A stretch of 64,000 nt of DNA from Macrostomum hystrix. Its lineage: Eukaryota; Animalia; Platyhelminthes. The notes beneath the pieces were generated by a model. That model did no database searches. It had not been told where the DNA came from and was given only the letters and a program-made list of their open reading frames with translations. The DNA lies in contig CATNEN010000038.1 in assembly GCA_950097015.1 (NCBI GenBank), forward strand, positions 23,064,001-23,128,000. Reading direction: 5' to 3'. Both the position numbers and the translations under genes were made by a program. Of the stretch, positions 38,775 to 52,000 are shown in pieces (position 1 is the stretch's first letter; each line of letters starts with the position of its first letter).

Positions 38775-40570
38775 TCAGAACTCTCCGACGGAGCTTCCCC
38801 TCCAGCGTCGCCGACGCCGACGCCTTCCAAGGACCCGATTAGACAGTACATTGTGCAGGGCGAACACAAACGGCTTCGGGCAGGACAGCAGATCGATCTC
38901 CCGACGGCTGTAGCGGCTGAACTCTGCACCGCCATTCTCCGAGTTGTCGTCGAAGAAGTCCAACCAAAGCAGATGCTCACCGTCATCCGAGCTGCTTCTC
39001 AACGATTCGAACGGCATCGCCCAAAGCAGCTTGCGCGCCTCGTCCTCTGAAGCATCTTCCTGCTCCAGCTGTGCCATCCGGAAGCCGAGCTCAGGATCTA
39101 CGGACAATAAACAGCGGCAGCCCTCGTATAGACAGGCCAGCGTCAGTGGCCCACCGCAGGCCGCGTCCGCGATGCCCTCTGACAGCGCCGCCGTCCAGCC
39201 GGCCAGACTGGCGGCCGACTCCGCAGCGAAGCTACGAGTCTCAACGCCGTGCGATACGCCACTACGCAGGACAAACTGCCATCGTCGCTGGTGCTGTCGC
39301 TCCCTGTCGGAGAGCTGCGACTCGTCTGGCGGCAGTAGAAGGCGACTGGATTGCAGATCGATGCAGTACTGAGCGGCATCGGTGCCGGCAGCTTCAACAG
39401 CCAATGCGGCGTCTGCTGCGTTGGCAAAGACAATGAACTGGTCGGCCGCTAGCAGGCAGAAGACGCGGCGCCAAGAGACCGGCGTCCCGTCGATTCGCTC
39501 GCTCAGCCAACCGGCACGTCGGACTCCAAGCGTAGCCGCCGATGTCATTGCCCAGTCGTCTGCTAGCGACTCGACTGCCGATTCGACACCGCGAAACCAG
39601 GCGTCGGCGCCTGCCAGGCTGGAGGCTCGAAGACGACACCGTCGACGACCGCGTGGACTGCGCAGCTCAATGCAGCGAGCCTCTTCAGCTTCAGCTTGGC
39701 CGTCTTGGACATCGAATCCGGTGCGACTCAGCTGCGCCAGCCGCAGCGGGAGGATGCGTACATTGTCAGCCTCGCGCTGGCGCTGCGGCGACGCCAGGCG
39801 CAGGTGTTTCACTTCGAGTTCGAGACGACCATTTCTGCGTCGACTGTCCCGACAGGAGCGCTTCAGGGCCCGGACTGCTTCGTCATGGCTGGCCGAGCGC
39901 AGGTCCTCGCCATTCACGGATAAGATGGCGTCGCCGATGTGCAGGGAACCGGATCTGTCGTAGGTTGCATAAAACCCGATCAATTTTTTTGCGAGTTTTC
40001 TAATTTAATTATTCCCAAATAATCTCCATACCTGTCCGCTGCCATGCCTGGAAAGATTCGGCTAATGATGATAGGCATCTGATTCTCTCGGCCGCCTTTG
40101 ATGCTGACACCGAGACCGACGCCATCCTCGTGGTCGATCAGCACCATGCGCTTCTGGGTGGGAACGTCTTGGAAGGGATTCGATTCGGGAATTGCTTTAG
40201 AATTTTAAAATGAACTGCCTGGGTCTATTTTCCATCCAAAAGTTTTACCCGATGAAGTTTCAACTGCTTCGGTCGAGCTGCTTCGGTTTCGACTTCTCGT
40301 CGATGGCATCAAATCGACTTGATCGTGACTGATAGAAAATTTGTCTAGCATAGTGGTCACTCGGTTGGCAAAGGTGCTGTCTCCGAGTGATTCAACTTTA
40401 GCTTCCTCCGGATTATTGGCAGATCTAGCAGAGTGAGGCTGACCGGGTCTCACAACCAGGGCCTCTTTGTACAGGCTCACAGTGGCGCGCAGCCAACTGC
40501 TGTCTGATTTGCTTTCTGATGCGCGAACTTCAAGATCTCCAGTCATTATTGGTTGCTCCGCGGACTCCAT
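38775..40570 (-). CDS. Syntrophin (alpha/beta-like; split PH, PDZ, PH2, SU domain)
   Basis: Minus-strand exons 40570-40249, 40194-40032, 39954-38775. [65 protein letters not shown]2 GWLSER, SU domain [25 protein letters not shown]...[16 protein letters not shown]. Confidence 0.92.
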
Positions 40571-41326
40571 GGACCAGCTGTGTTGTAGTTAGTCGTGTTT
40601 CTGTGCTGACAGCAAATAAAAATCTTACGCGAGTTACTCACGTGTGCGGCGAATGGATTCGATTAAGTAAACTTTTTCGTTAATTTGTTGTACTTACTTT
40701 TGCTTAAAAATTATTTTAACACAACGATTTACTTTTAGTTTTCCAAAAAATGTAAAAACGCTTTGCTATTTTTCCTTTTAGGCTAAAAAGCTTATACTTT
40801 GTTTCTTTGAAGTATATTTTCCGGGTTTGACAAATGTAATTTTTTCTCTTGTAAAAAACTGACATTTTTGTTTTACCAGTACTTGCGCCTAAATCTCTAT
40901 AGACTTGATTTGGGATTTTAAACTCCAAAAATAGAGTAAATTTTATATTCGATTTATTATTTAAAGTTAATTATATTATCTTTTGATAAGCATTTAATAA
41001 AATAACTAAGTAAATAGCAGCAAAGATTTTATTTGATCATTTTTGCTAACTTTCGAACCCAGAATATTTATTTCAGTGGGTTAGTTTTAATTTTTTTTAT
41101 TTCGCGAGATTATAAGACAATGTTTCACAATTACGTGCTTTGTAACAGAAGTTATTTTTTTTAAACCAATGTATTTGAAAGGAAATAAAATTGTGAGATA
41201 ACACAAGCAATGGAATAAAATTTTACATGTATGCTGCTTTAGTAGAGCAAAAAATTGTTTTGAAAATGATCCACACACCGCATTGGTAGACAGTCATTGA
41301 GTCTAAATGAAATTGAGGCAGAATTA

Positions 41327-41370
41327 CTAAGAGTCCGGCTTGGCGCGCTTCCTGCGCTGCCCATTAGCTG

Positions 41371-41408
<38 letters not shown>

Positions 41409-42247
41409 CGCTTGATGGCAGCGGCACTGGGGGGCTTCTTTGAAGCAGCCTTCGTTGCCGGCTTCTTTGCCTTCTTCTTGGGCTTTTCTTCTTCCTCCTC
41501 TTCGTCTTCTTCTTCCTCATCGTCTTCCTCCATCTCTTCTTCCTCGATGTCCTCTTCCTCGTCCTCATGGGACTGCTCGTTCTCACCTTCCTCCTCCTCC
41601 TCCTCCTCCTCCTCCGCTTCTTCTTCTTCGTCTTCGTCTTCTCCGCCGCCCATCAGAGGCACAACCCGGTGTACTCGGTGAGTTCCAGTCAGCCACACGG
41701 GTCCGTCCCCTTCGGTTAGCTCAAAGATGCACGAAGACGCTGTGCCATTGGCGAACTGCTGCTGCTGCTGAACACCAGAGTCGCCACCAGTCTCCAGGAC
41801 GAATTCGTGTCCAAGAACCAGGGTTCGCTGCGTAGCGGGATCAACGCAGACGATGGGCGTTCCTCCAGAACTGTACTTTTCTTCTTTTTCCTTTTCCTTC
41901 TCCTCCTGGCGCTGCTGCTGCTTGTCCGCAGCGCCCTGAGTTCGAACTGTGACCAGATGAATGCCCGTAGCCTTGGGCGACAGCACGCAGCCAGTTACGT
42001 GAAGTAGGTGACGCGTGGCACCTTCGTCTTCTTTGTTGTCGTCGTGATCAGCTTCCTTGTTGTCTTTCGCATTCTCGTCGCCATTCTTGGCAGTCGAGTG
42101 CTTCCCTGACTCCGCCGGCCTGTCAGGGTGCCATTCGAAGCGCGGCTGTTCGCGAGTTAGCTGACAGCGCCAAAAGTGCACAGAAACCTGCTCAACTCGC
42201 TGCTCTTGCATGGCCACTAGAGTGCTCAAATTGAATGCCGACGACAT
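41327..42247 (-). CDS. Nucleoplasmin-like histone chaperone (NPL core + acidic tract + basic NLS tail), intronless
   Basis: First ATG at 42247. Core-like segments FWRCQLT...F.W, LHVTGCVL, HLVTV, PIVCV, FELTEGDGPVWLTGTH, then a long E/D tract and KPKKKAKK...RRKRAK. Confidence 0.75.
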
Positions 42248-42379
42248 TTTTAATAGTGCTTCTAACAATTTTGAAATATTCTGTCCGGGTGTTGGACCTG
42301 CAGTGGATGAATAATAGACTGCAATTTATAACTTGTCTTCGCTCATCGATCAATAAAAATATACTTCTCTCCCTGCCTC

Positions 42380-42510
42380 ACTTCTGATTGGCCAGCATGA
42401 ATATTTTACATGCCTTTGTAGAGAGAAATGTTTTTATTTCTCGTCTCTCACTCTAATCTAAACACAGGAGACGCGGGAGCCAATCAGAATTGACTGAATT
42501 ATTATTGGTT
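42380..42510. promoter_or_regulatory. Cluster of three CCAAT boxes upstream of the nucleoplasmin-like gene
   Basis: ctgATTGGcc (42387), agCCAATcag (42480) and ATTGGtt (42504), resembling NF-Y consensus. Confidence 0.45.
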
Positions 42511-42638
42511 GTGTGTACGCATGAATTGATATTAGATAACAGTAACTGGGGTAGAGAAAACCGACGGTACGTTTGTTTCCGTATTCCTATTTTCGAGCGT
42601 GGTTTCTATCGTCTAGTTTGTGATTGCTAAATCGAATA

Positions 42639-43241
42639 TACTCAGCAACAGCTAAACCCCCCCAACTCACGCTGTCACACGGGCACAAAAGTTAAGCAAT
42701 GTCTTTAATTCTAGTCTCAGTATCGTGTGTAGGAACCACGAGCATGCAAAAGTGCTGTGACTCGTCGTGGCATCCTGATCACCAGCTGCTATGCAGAGCT
42801 GCTACAGCAGCAGTTTCTGCCATTTGCTACGACAACCTTTGGCGGCCCGCAGAACTGCATGCTTCAAGACGACAACGCTGCGCCACATCGAGCAGCACAC
42901 GTGCAGCTGCTGAAGGAGCAGCTCGGCATTCGCACATTGAACTGGCCGTCAAAGACTCCAGACATGAACCCCATCGAGCATGTCTGGGACTTTGTAAAGC
43001 GAAGAGTTCAGCAGGATGCCCCACAGAATGCTGAACAGTTGCGACTGGCGGTGCTGAATGCCTGGCAGCAGCTGCCCTAAGAGTTCATCAACCGGCTGGT
43101 GATCAGGATGCCACGACGAGTATCGGCACTTTTGCATGCTCGTGGTTCCTACACACAATACTGAGACTAGAATTAAAGACATTGCTGAACTTTTGTGCCC
43201 GTGTGACAGCGTGAGTTGGGGGGGTTAGCTGTTGCTGAGTA
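42639..43241 (+). mobile_element. Non-autonomous Tc1/mariner derivative (DD34E fragment) with ~150-bp terminal inverted repeats
   Basis: Flanked by TA. TIR tactcagcaacagcta...atcctgatcaccagc matches the inverted copy at ~43092-43241. Internal QDDNAAPH...WPSKTPDMNPIEHVW has 34 residues between D and E. In-frame TAA at 43078, then EFINRLVIRMPRRVSALLHARGSYTQY*. Confidence 0.92.
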
Positions 43242-44679
43242 TACATCGCGTCTAAATTTATCGATTTAATTTATCGAATTCATTTATTGATTTGCATACC
43301 TAAATTTCTTAAATTTCTTTTACAGAAAGAACACAGAACTAATTATTACCTGTCTGATATTTTCAACACTAGTCAAGAAAGTTAAACTAGAGCTTCTTCT
43401 ATAAAGCTATGTAATTTTCCTTGGCAAAGGCATCAACTTACGAGTATAACAAATATTGTGATCTAAAATAATTTTAACTAATTGTATTTTATTTGCGGAA
43501 CAATCGGAGGATACTTTGTGGTCTTCCAATGAAGACCGATTGTTGCACACCTTAATTGTCTATGGCCATGACTTGCTATTGTCTTGCTAAACTGCCTATA
43601 GACTTTTTAGACCATAGACATTTTGAGCTTGCGCCACTGATGTATTGCTGCTGCACTCTCAGACTTAGTCATTGCCGGCCCCAAACAATAGTTACAAAAA
43701 CTACGTCATCGAGATTAGTTTTATAATCGTTAAGCTGTAAGACTATCTGAAATAACAGAGGCTGTCAGACAGAAAGGTTATTTCTTTCATATTTTTATAT
43801 TGTCTAAAAAATAAGCAAAAATGCAAATTCGAAAATGCCCCTGCGATGCTCTATCAATTGTTATCAGACAGTTTTCTCATGAAATTGTATTTGTTTAAAT
43901 TTGTGCTTGTTATCCTTCTTTGTTTGCTATCTTAGCTAGCTGCAATTAAATAAAGTATCGGCGAGACTAGAGCAAGATTAGACAGAGGAGAGGACGAAAA
44001 AATACAATAGCGCATAAGCCTGTCATAAAATGAAGAGCATAGTCTCTAGTCCCTAGATTGTCTGTAGGCTCTTCTTAAAGCCAGACCGAGGCTTCATAGA
44101 ATGTTCTAGATAGACACTAGCGGAGTTTCATTCTCCTTCTAGTTGAGCCTGCAGTGCACTCACAAAAAACTACCTCCTATTTTTTCATGCTCTCTCTAGT
44201 TTTTCTTTTCTTTTTACGTATAAAGTTTCTTCGTAAAGCTATTTATTTACTTCTTACTGACTGGAGAGGAAAGACAGAAAGAATGAGAGCTATAGGTAGA
44301 GATAGATTGAGATAGATTGAGGTTCGAGTAGATGCACAGAATTGATGATCTTTCTATACAGAAAGTTTTAAAAGGGGGTGCAAGGCTATTGCAGCTCGGC
44401 AAGGCACTTGAAAACAACCAGAATATTCCTTCCTTTCTACTTCCAACTATGCTATCAAGGTCGAATTATCATAGTAAATAACAAGTTTGCATTGATTTCT
44501 AGACCAAAACTTTGTTGAATTTGAAAAAAATCCCTTCTGACACAGGTGAGTGAGAGCTTTTTTCTGTGAAAACGGAATTCAATTACAAACGATAGCAATA
44601 TATTCGAAAGATGAAATCAGAGATTAGGATATGACCAGCTAAAATCATAGCAATTTTTTTCTCCTATTCAGCTTCTAGA

Positions 44680-45935
44680 CGTGACAAGAGCAGTAGGAGA
44701 ATATGCGACAAGAATAGTAGGAGAAGACTTGACAAGAATTGTAGGAGAGAACAAGTGACAATAATCGTAGGAGAGAAGTGACAAGAATCGTAGGAGAAGA
44801 CATGACAAGAATCGTAGGAGAAGACATGACAAGAACCGTAGGAGAAGACATGACAAGAACCGTAGGAGAAGACATGACAAGAATCGTAGGAGAAGACTTG
44901 ACAAGAATCGTAGGAGAAGACATGACAAGAATCGTAGGAGAAGACATAACAAGAATCGTAGGAGAAGACTTGACAAGAATCGTAGGAGAAGACATAACAA
45001 GAACCGTAGGAGAAGACATAACAAGAATCGTAGGAGAAGACATGACAAGAATCGTAGGAGAGAACTTACAAGAATCGTAGGAGAGAGGTGACAAGAATCG
45101 TAGGAGAGAAGTGACAAGAATCGTAGGAGAGAAGTGACAAGAATCGTAGGAGAAGACGATAAAAGAATCGTAGGAGAAGACATAACAAGAATCGTAGGAG
45201 AAGACATGACAAGAATCGTAGGAGAAGACGATAAAAGAATCGTAGGAGAGAAGTGACAAGAATCGTAGGAGAAGACATGACAAGAATCGTAGGAGAAGAC
45301 ATGACAAGAACCGTAGGAGAAGACATAACAAGAACCGTAGGAGAAGACATAACAAGAATCGTAGGAGAAGACATGACAAGAATCGTAGGAGAGAACTTAC
45401 AAGAATCGTAGGAGAGAGGTGACAAGAATCGTAGGAGAGAAGTGACAAGAATCGTAGGAGAAGACATGACAAGAATCGTAGGAGAAGACATGACAAGAAT
45501 CGTAGGAGAAGACGATAAAAGAATCGTAGGAGAGAAGTGACAAGAATCGTAGGAGAAGACATGACAAGAATCGTAGGAGAAGACATGACAAGAACCGTAG
45601 GAGAAGACATAACAAGAACCGTAGGAGAAGACATAACAAGAATCGTAGGAGAAGACATGACAAGAATCGTAGGAGAGAGGTGACAAGAATCGTAGGAGAG
45701 AAGTGACAAGAATCGTAGGAGAGAAGTGACAAGAATCGTAGGAGAAGACGATAAAAGAATCGTAGGAGAAGACATAACAAGAATCGTAGGAGAAGACATG
45801 ACAAGAATCGTAGGAGAGAAGTGACAAGAACCGTAGGAGAAGCCGATAAAAGAATCGTAGGAGAAGCCGATAAAAGAATCGTAGGAGAAGCCGATAAAAG
45901 AATCGTAGGAGAAGACGATAAAAGAATCGTAGGAA
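44680..45935. repeat. 23/24-bp minisatellite (gacaagaatcgtaggagaagacat)n
   Basis: Direct array downstream of a strong donor cag|gtgagt at 44545/44546, so probably within an intron of the plakin gene. Confidence 0.95.
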
Positions 45936-46051
45936 AAGTCGGAAAAGACTCAAAATCGCAGCACAAAGATATTGTCACAGAATTTACTCTTTCGCGTTGC
46001 TATGAGTCTCGTGCGTTTCCAATTCGCGCAAGGCTCTGTAACGCACCCGAC

Positions 46052-49000
46052 ATGCTGGCGTCTAAAAAGCCGACGCCGCTGCCCGCTGCGGAGAGAGAAG
46101 CGGAAGACTGGCTGTCCGCGAACTCAGCAGCCGTGGCCAACCCTCAACTAGGCTGCAGCCAGCAGGCGCTGCTGCGTCAGGAGATTGACCAGGAGAAGCT
46201 TTTGAACGAGATTGACAAATTGAACTCCCGTCTAACGGTTTCAATCGACGCTGCTGCAGCCGCAGAACTTACCGACAAGCTTCAACGGGCCAGGAATGAA
46301 GTTTCAATTAACCGGGATGCTGTCGCTTACCTGCGCGAGATCGCTGGCCTCGAGAATGTCCTGTCCGAGTCATGCCGTCGGGCTGCCAACCAGGCCATTG
46401 CTCTGTCGCAGCGGCAGGCCGCAGACTTTGGCGGAAACAGCGGCAGGGTGAGAGGACTGGGTTATTTTTCAGTTATTTTTTTACAGTAGGTGGGTTTATC
46501 ACACTTTATAATAAGTCTGACACATAAAAACGTATTTCGAAAAATCTAAACATCTAAACCAGCTCATCAGCAGCGAGGTCTCCCAGACCTGGGAGTGGAT
46601 CACCCGGCTGGGCGAGCTGACCCAGCTGCATCTTAAAAACTCCGCCGACTATCACTCCTTCTATCACGACGCGAACGAGTTGGACGGATTGTTAAACGCA
46701 CGTAAATTGAGCAATGCGCAGGTCCTAAGCTCGATTCCTTCATCGACTGGTCAACTGAGCGCCATGCAGCGAATGAACACCGTATTGAGCGTAAGTTAAA
46801 TATTGTGCAATTGAAATATGAACGAGACCTTAATAATGATTTTTATAACTGCAGGAGAGCTGCGGGCAATGGCACATCATTCAGTGACACTAGACTCGCA
46901 GCCAGCGAGGAGGCAATTCTACCCGTTTCGCTGACTCCTGAGCACACACGCACACAGATACTGTACGCAGGCATACGCTCACACAGGTGTGTACATCTGC
47001 CCTGACTTTCTCATCGTCAGGCAGTGTTCACTCTCACTGTGCCTTGGAGGTTGGCCCTTAAGGGCGTAAATTGCACGACAAGCCCCCAAGCCTTCTCTCC
47101 GCGGCTGCGCCCCAAATGTATGTGGCCTCGCCGCGGAGTCGAGCTGAGGGACCTTGGTGCGAGTGTTAAACGCGTTAACCGCTCTGCCACTCACCCCCGA
47201 AAGAGACCTTAGATTTGCTAGCTCGCAATTCCTCGACTTTTCCAGGACAACTTCTCCAACTTTCTAATGCTGTGGCAGCGGGCTGATCAGCTTGTGACGC
47301 GCAGTCATCGAGTTGTTCCGGTGTACCGTCGGAATCGACCACTGGACGCACCGCATCCCGGACGGAACATCTTCCGGTTCGATGATGGCGAGGCAAGTTC
47401 ACTGCAGATTGTGATAACGATTGTGATCCATTGACTATTTGAAGACAGTGGTTAGAGCTGCAGACTCTTTGACCGAGAGATCTTGAGTTCAAATGTCAAC
47501 TTGGTAGAGAACTTAAATCGACAATCGATCAATTTATCAATCAATATTGAATCTCTCCAGCCAAACAATTTGTTGTGAAGAAAGAAAGTCCATTAAAAAT
47601 TGCATATTTTTATTGGTTCGCCAAACATAAGCCTCGTATTTGTTTCCACAGAACACACTGCTAGACTCGGAGGAGGTTACTGTGCTGGATAATACGCACC
47701 CGTTCACCTGGAAGGTGCGAAAAGCCGATGGAACAGTTGTCGAAGCCCCGAGCATCTGCATTTGGCTGCCGCCACCAGACACGGAGGCTGTGGAAGTTGC
47801 CATCGTGTAAGCATTGCTGACTGGCCATTGTACTTGTATGTTCTTGAATCTGTAGCATGCCCCAGATTTTTTGGTGGATATGATACGAAATGATCGACTT
47901 AACTCGATGGTCGGGGTTCAATTCTTGACTCCACTGGAAATAATATGCATTGAACTGGATTGCTTCAGTTCACCCAGCTGTTAAATACTCGTAGATCGCA
48001 AAAAGACTAAAGATTTCAGGAACTATCTTTTTGTTGCAGCATACGCAAGAAGTTGCTAAACACGTGGGCAGCGCTGCTAAGTAGGCTGAGAACCTGGCTC
48101 GTAAATTGCTTCACCGTCTATCTGAGGGGCCTTGGAAACGGACCAGTTGTGAGTTGTTTTTACTTGTGAATGCGAAATTTCTAGTATGAGAAGATTCTAG
48201 TAGGAGAAGACGTGACAATAGTTCTACAAATGTAATGGCACGGAGACCCAAATCATATTTTTAAAAAATCTTATTTTAGTTCGTAGCAGCCAGCCTACTG
48301 CCGAAATTCCGCGACTTTCTCAACCATCTGGAACGGGCCGCCGGCGATGTTCTGGCTGACGTCGAAGGACGCCAACAGCTGCTGAGCGCACTGCGAGTTG
48401 TGCTTAACAATCTGATGCCGTGTGGTGAGAGTGATAATAACTATATTATTAGCAGGAGGGCTGCCGGCAATGCCACATCAATTGGTAACACTAGACCCGC
48501 AGCCAGTGAGGAGGCAATTCTGCCCTTTGACTTACTTTGACTTAGCTGCAGGGTGGTCCATGGACGCAGCGGGGAGGCGAGGATCACCCATACCGCTAAC
48601 CCCTGTAGGCCCGCAGACAGGCAAGGGCGCGGGGCCGGTCAGGGTGGTCCGCCGGTCCGTCCTGCAGCGTTGTCTTCCGTAGGGAAGAACGTGGCTCGTC
48701 TAATTGCCCGGAGGAACTGGACGAGCCGTGGAATGCTGTCGGGCTGGCAGATCTCGTCCATAGGCGGGTTGGGCCCGAGGTAGCGCAGCCGGTCTCTGTT
48801 AAAGAAAGGCCAGTGACACACAAAGTGCTCAGCATCTTTGTTGTCGTACTCACAGAATGGGCAGAGTTCACTCTCAAGGTCGCCCCGGCAGAAACAGTGC
48901 CTAGCGAGGTAGCCGTGGCCCGTGAGGGTCATGGCGAGGGCGCGGATATCCTTCCGGTTTTGGTTCAAGAGGATGTTCCTAAGCCTGCGGGACGGGCGCG

Positions 49001-52000
49001 GAACTGCGGCACGGGATTGCCGCCAGTTCTGGGTGCCCGCCCATCTGTCCCTGTGGAGGGACTCAGCCCAGTCATCAATAAGGCGATTGATGACCTTGAT
49101 GGGGATCGGGACCAGGGGAGCAGGGCCCAGGAGAGAGCCAGAGCCACCTTGCTTGGCAAGGGTATCCGCTAGCTCGTTCCCTGGGAAGCCCGCATGCCCT
49201 GGGAGCGATTCTGCCAATTCTGCTGGCTCCTGAGCAGGCACGCACACAGATAGCAGGTACAGACACAGGTGTGTACATCTGCCCCGACTGTACAATGTCA
49301 TGCAGTGCACAATGTCAACTGTGAATTGGAGGTTGACCCACTAAGGCGCAAATTGCACGAAAAGCTCCCAAGCCTTCTCTCCACGACAGAGCCTCAAATG
49401 AATGTCGGTGCGGAATCTAGCCCAGCGACCTTGGGCGAGAGGCAAATGCCTTAACCGCTCTGTTACTCACCTTCAGGTGCGAGTGATACACTGATATTAT
49501 GAATCCATTGTTGCAGCGCTATTATTTGGCACCAGTTTTTAGTATGTATCTGTAGTACATGACAATAGTATTGGTATTTGGCATTGATATTCAGAGTTTT
49601 ATTTGGCATCGGTACTTGCTATAGGAATCAATATTGATATTGTTATTTCTTTTAAGATTTTACTTCTCATATGTACTTTCAGACTCTGACGACCAAGCTG
49701 CTGTAGGGGAGAGCGAGGTGCTCCGGATGAAGTCGCTGCTGCAGAAGTTAATGGACCACCTGCGACACTGGAAGCACCTTAACGACCAGATGGATTATGC
49801 CAAGCAAGATCAGCGTGCTCTGCTGCAGGAGACAACTCAAGTGCTCTCTGCTTTCAGTGTTCTCAGGTAGCGTGATAAGGTCTCTATGAAAGATCAATAA
49901 TTTCTATGAAATCAGTACAAGACGATCCAAAGACGATGAAAATTTGTTAAATGTTAGTTTTGTCTATGTTTATAGAGGCCTTGAATTAAATTGATAATTT
50001 ATTGAATTTTCAGCCGAGTGCAGAATGAGAGCCTGTCGCAGCTGGAAGACCTCCAGGCCAGGATTGACGAGTGGCGCTTTCACAGTCCGATGTCACGCGC
50101 CTCGTCGGTTAGACGGAGTGAAATTCTGGTGAGGTCATCAAAAATAACTGAATACGAACTGTCAGTTTTTTAATCTTTTTTGCTCGGAAATTTCAAACAG
50201 GATGCCGTTGCGGCTACAATCAGCCAGGTTGGCACTCGCAGCAGGACTGGTCGAGACAGTGCAGTCAGCGAGCGACTACTAAATCAGGAGCCGCCACGCG
50301 CCGCCTCGGGACCGCAGTCGCCGCCGGTGATTGACAACTGGATGTCGGAGATTTTACAGCATTCTAAGCTAAGCCAGCAATGGCCCGGCGAAATCGGAAA
50401 GTCGACACACCGAGGCACCCAAACTGACGCAAAAACAGGCGAACGTGAGGGTGAAGAATGGCCTAAGTATGTTGACGCCTTTTCTGCGTACGGAAGGCTT
50501 GAAAGTGCTAGCTTAGAAAAGACGGAGCTTTCGCGACTTGTCTACAACTACGTGCAAGAGCACGAGGAAGAGGTGAAGGCGTTCTTACACAAGAACTGTC
50601 CTAGTCCGATAGTCAACGCGGCCTCCACCTTCGGGACGGTAGCTGGACAACCGATAGACATAATGGACAGTATGGCCCATATCGAAGAAGCGATTGAATC
50701 TCGCCAAAGTATCCGAGTAAAAACTTCTCAACTGCAAACAGTCCAGACAGACAATGCTGAGAGTCAGACTACACCGGTGCCCGTGGCAACAACGGAAGTG
50801 AACTTCCTCCGAACCTTTGAAGACGCTTGCACTGTCAGTCGTCAGGCTGTGACTGACGCAAAAGTCAGTTGCAAGCCTATTGAAACACAGCTGAAAAAGG
50901 CCTCTACAAGAGACACAGTTAGTGTCTTCTGTGTTGATTTGTGTAATAACGAGACAGCTACAGTTAACGCTTCAATTAGCAAAGAGACACAGACAACAGA
51001 AGACTTGCAGGAAAAAAATGTGACGTCCTTAGCAAAAGAAATGGGAGCACACAGCCAGGTTGAACATCAAAGCGATGGAGTACAAGCCAGGGGTCAGCAG
51101 CCACTGTCCCACAGCATAGTCGCTTCAGAACCACAACAGGTGGCAGAAAAGAGCTCATTTTTCGAAGATGAACCAGAAAAAAGTAAAACTTCAAAGAAAC
51201 AACAAACTGGAAAACACGAATTGGCACCAACAACAGAGAAGGTTAACTCATGTGTATGCTATAATCAAGATTTGCGCGTAACAGACTGCATGACCTTCAT
51301 CGACTCGTCATGCCAAGAGAGCCAAGTACAAAAAAGCCAGGTGTTCATTGAATCAGGCGTCAGTTGCAAAATAGAAATGCTTAATAGCTTAGTAGGCATT
51401 ACAGCTCATCCAAAAATATCCCACTGCGAAACCTTCCTAGAGACATCGTACGACGAGGCCAAAGTACAGGCGCTACAGACAGTCAGCGAGATGGGCTTCA
51501 GCGAGCAGACGTTCCAGGCCGACGGGTCCATCTGCTTCCGACTAGAGCCCGAGCTAGCAGTGTGCGGTAGCTTCCTCGAGACAACGTACGATGAGGCCAA
51601 AGTACAGGCGCAACAGGCAGTCAGCGAGATGGGCTTCAGCGAGCAGACGTTCCAGGCCGACGGGTCCATCTGCTTCCGACTAGAGCCCGAGCTTGCAGCT
51701 TGTCAGAGCTTCCAGGAGACGTCGATCGCCGAAGCTAAAGTACAGGCGCAACAGGCAGTCAGCGATATGGGCTTCAGCGAGCAGACGTTCCAGGCCGACG
51801 GGTCCATCTGCTTCCGTCTAGAACTCGAGCTTGCAGCTTGTCAGAGCTTCCAGGAGACGTCGATCGCCGAAGCAAAAGTACAGGCGCAACAGACAGTCAG
51901 CGAGATGGGCTTCAGCGAGCAGACGTTCCAGGCCGACGGGTCCATCTGCTTCCGACTAGAGCCCGAGCTTGCAGTGTGCGGTAGCTCCCTCGAGACAACG

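Noticed and set aside
40571-40610. SL-supplied AUG for syntrophin or Amt
   Set aside because: Both have their own ATG, and the nearby upstream acceptors are out of frame or followed by an in-frame stop.
46979-47197. tRNA genes at SINE heads (also 15700-15760, 22400-22460)
   Set aside because: A/B-box-like motifs are present but I cannot fold a full cloverleaf, and each continues into a shared dispersed-repeat body, so these are SINEs.
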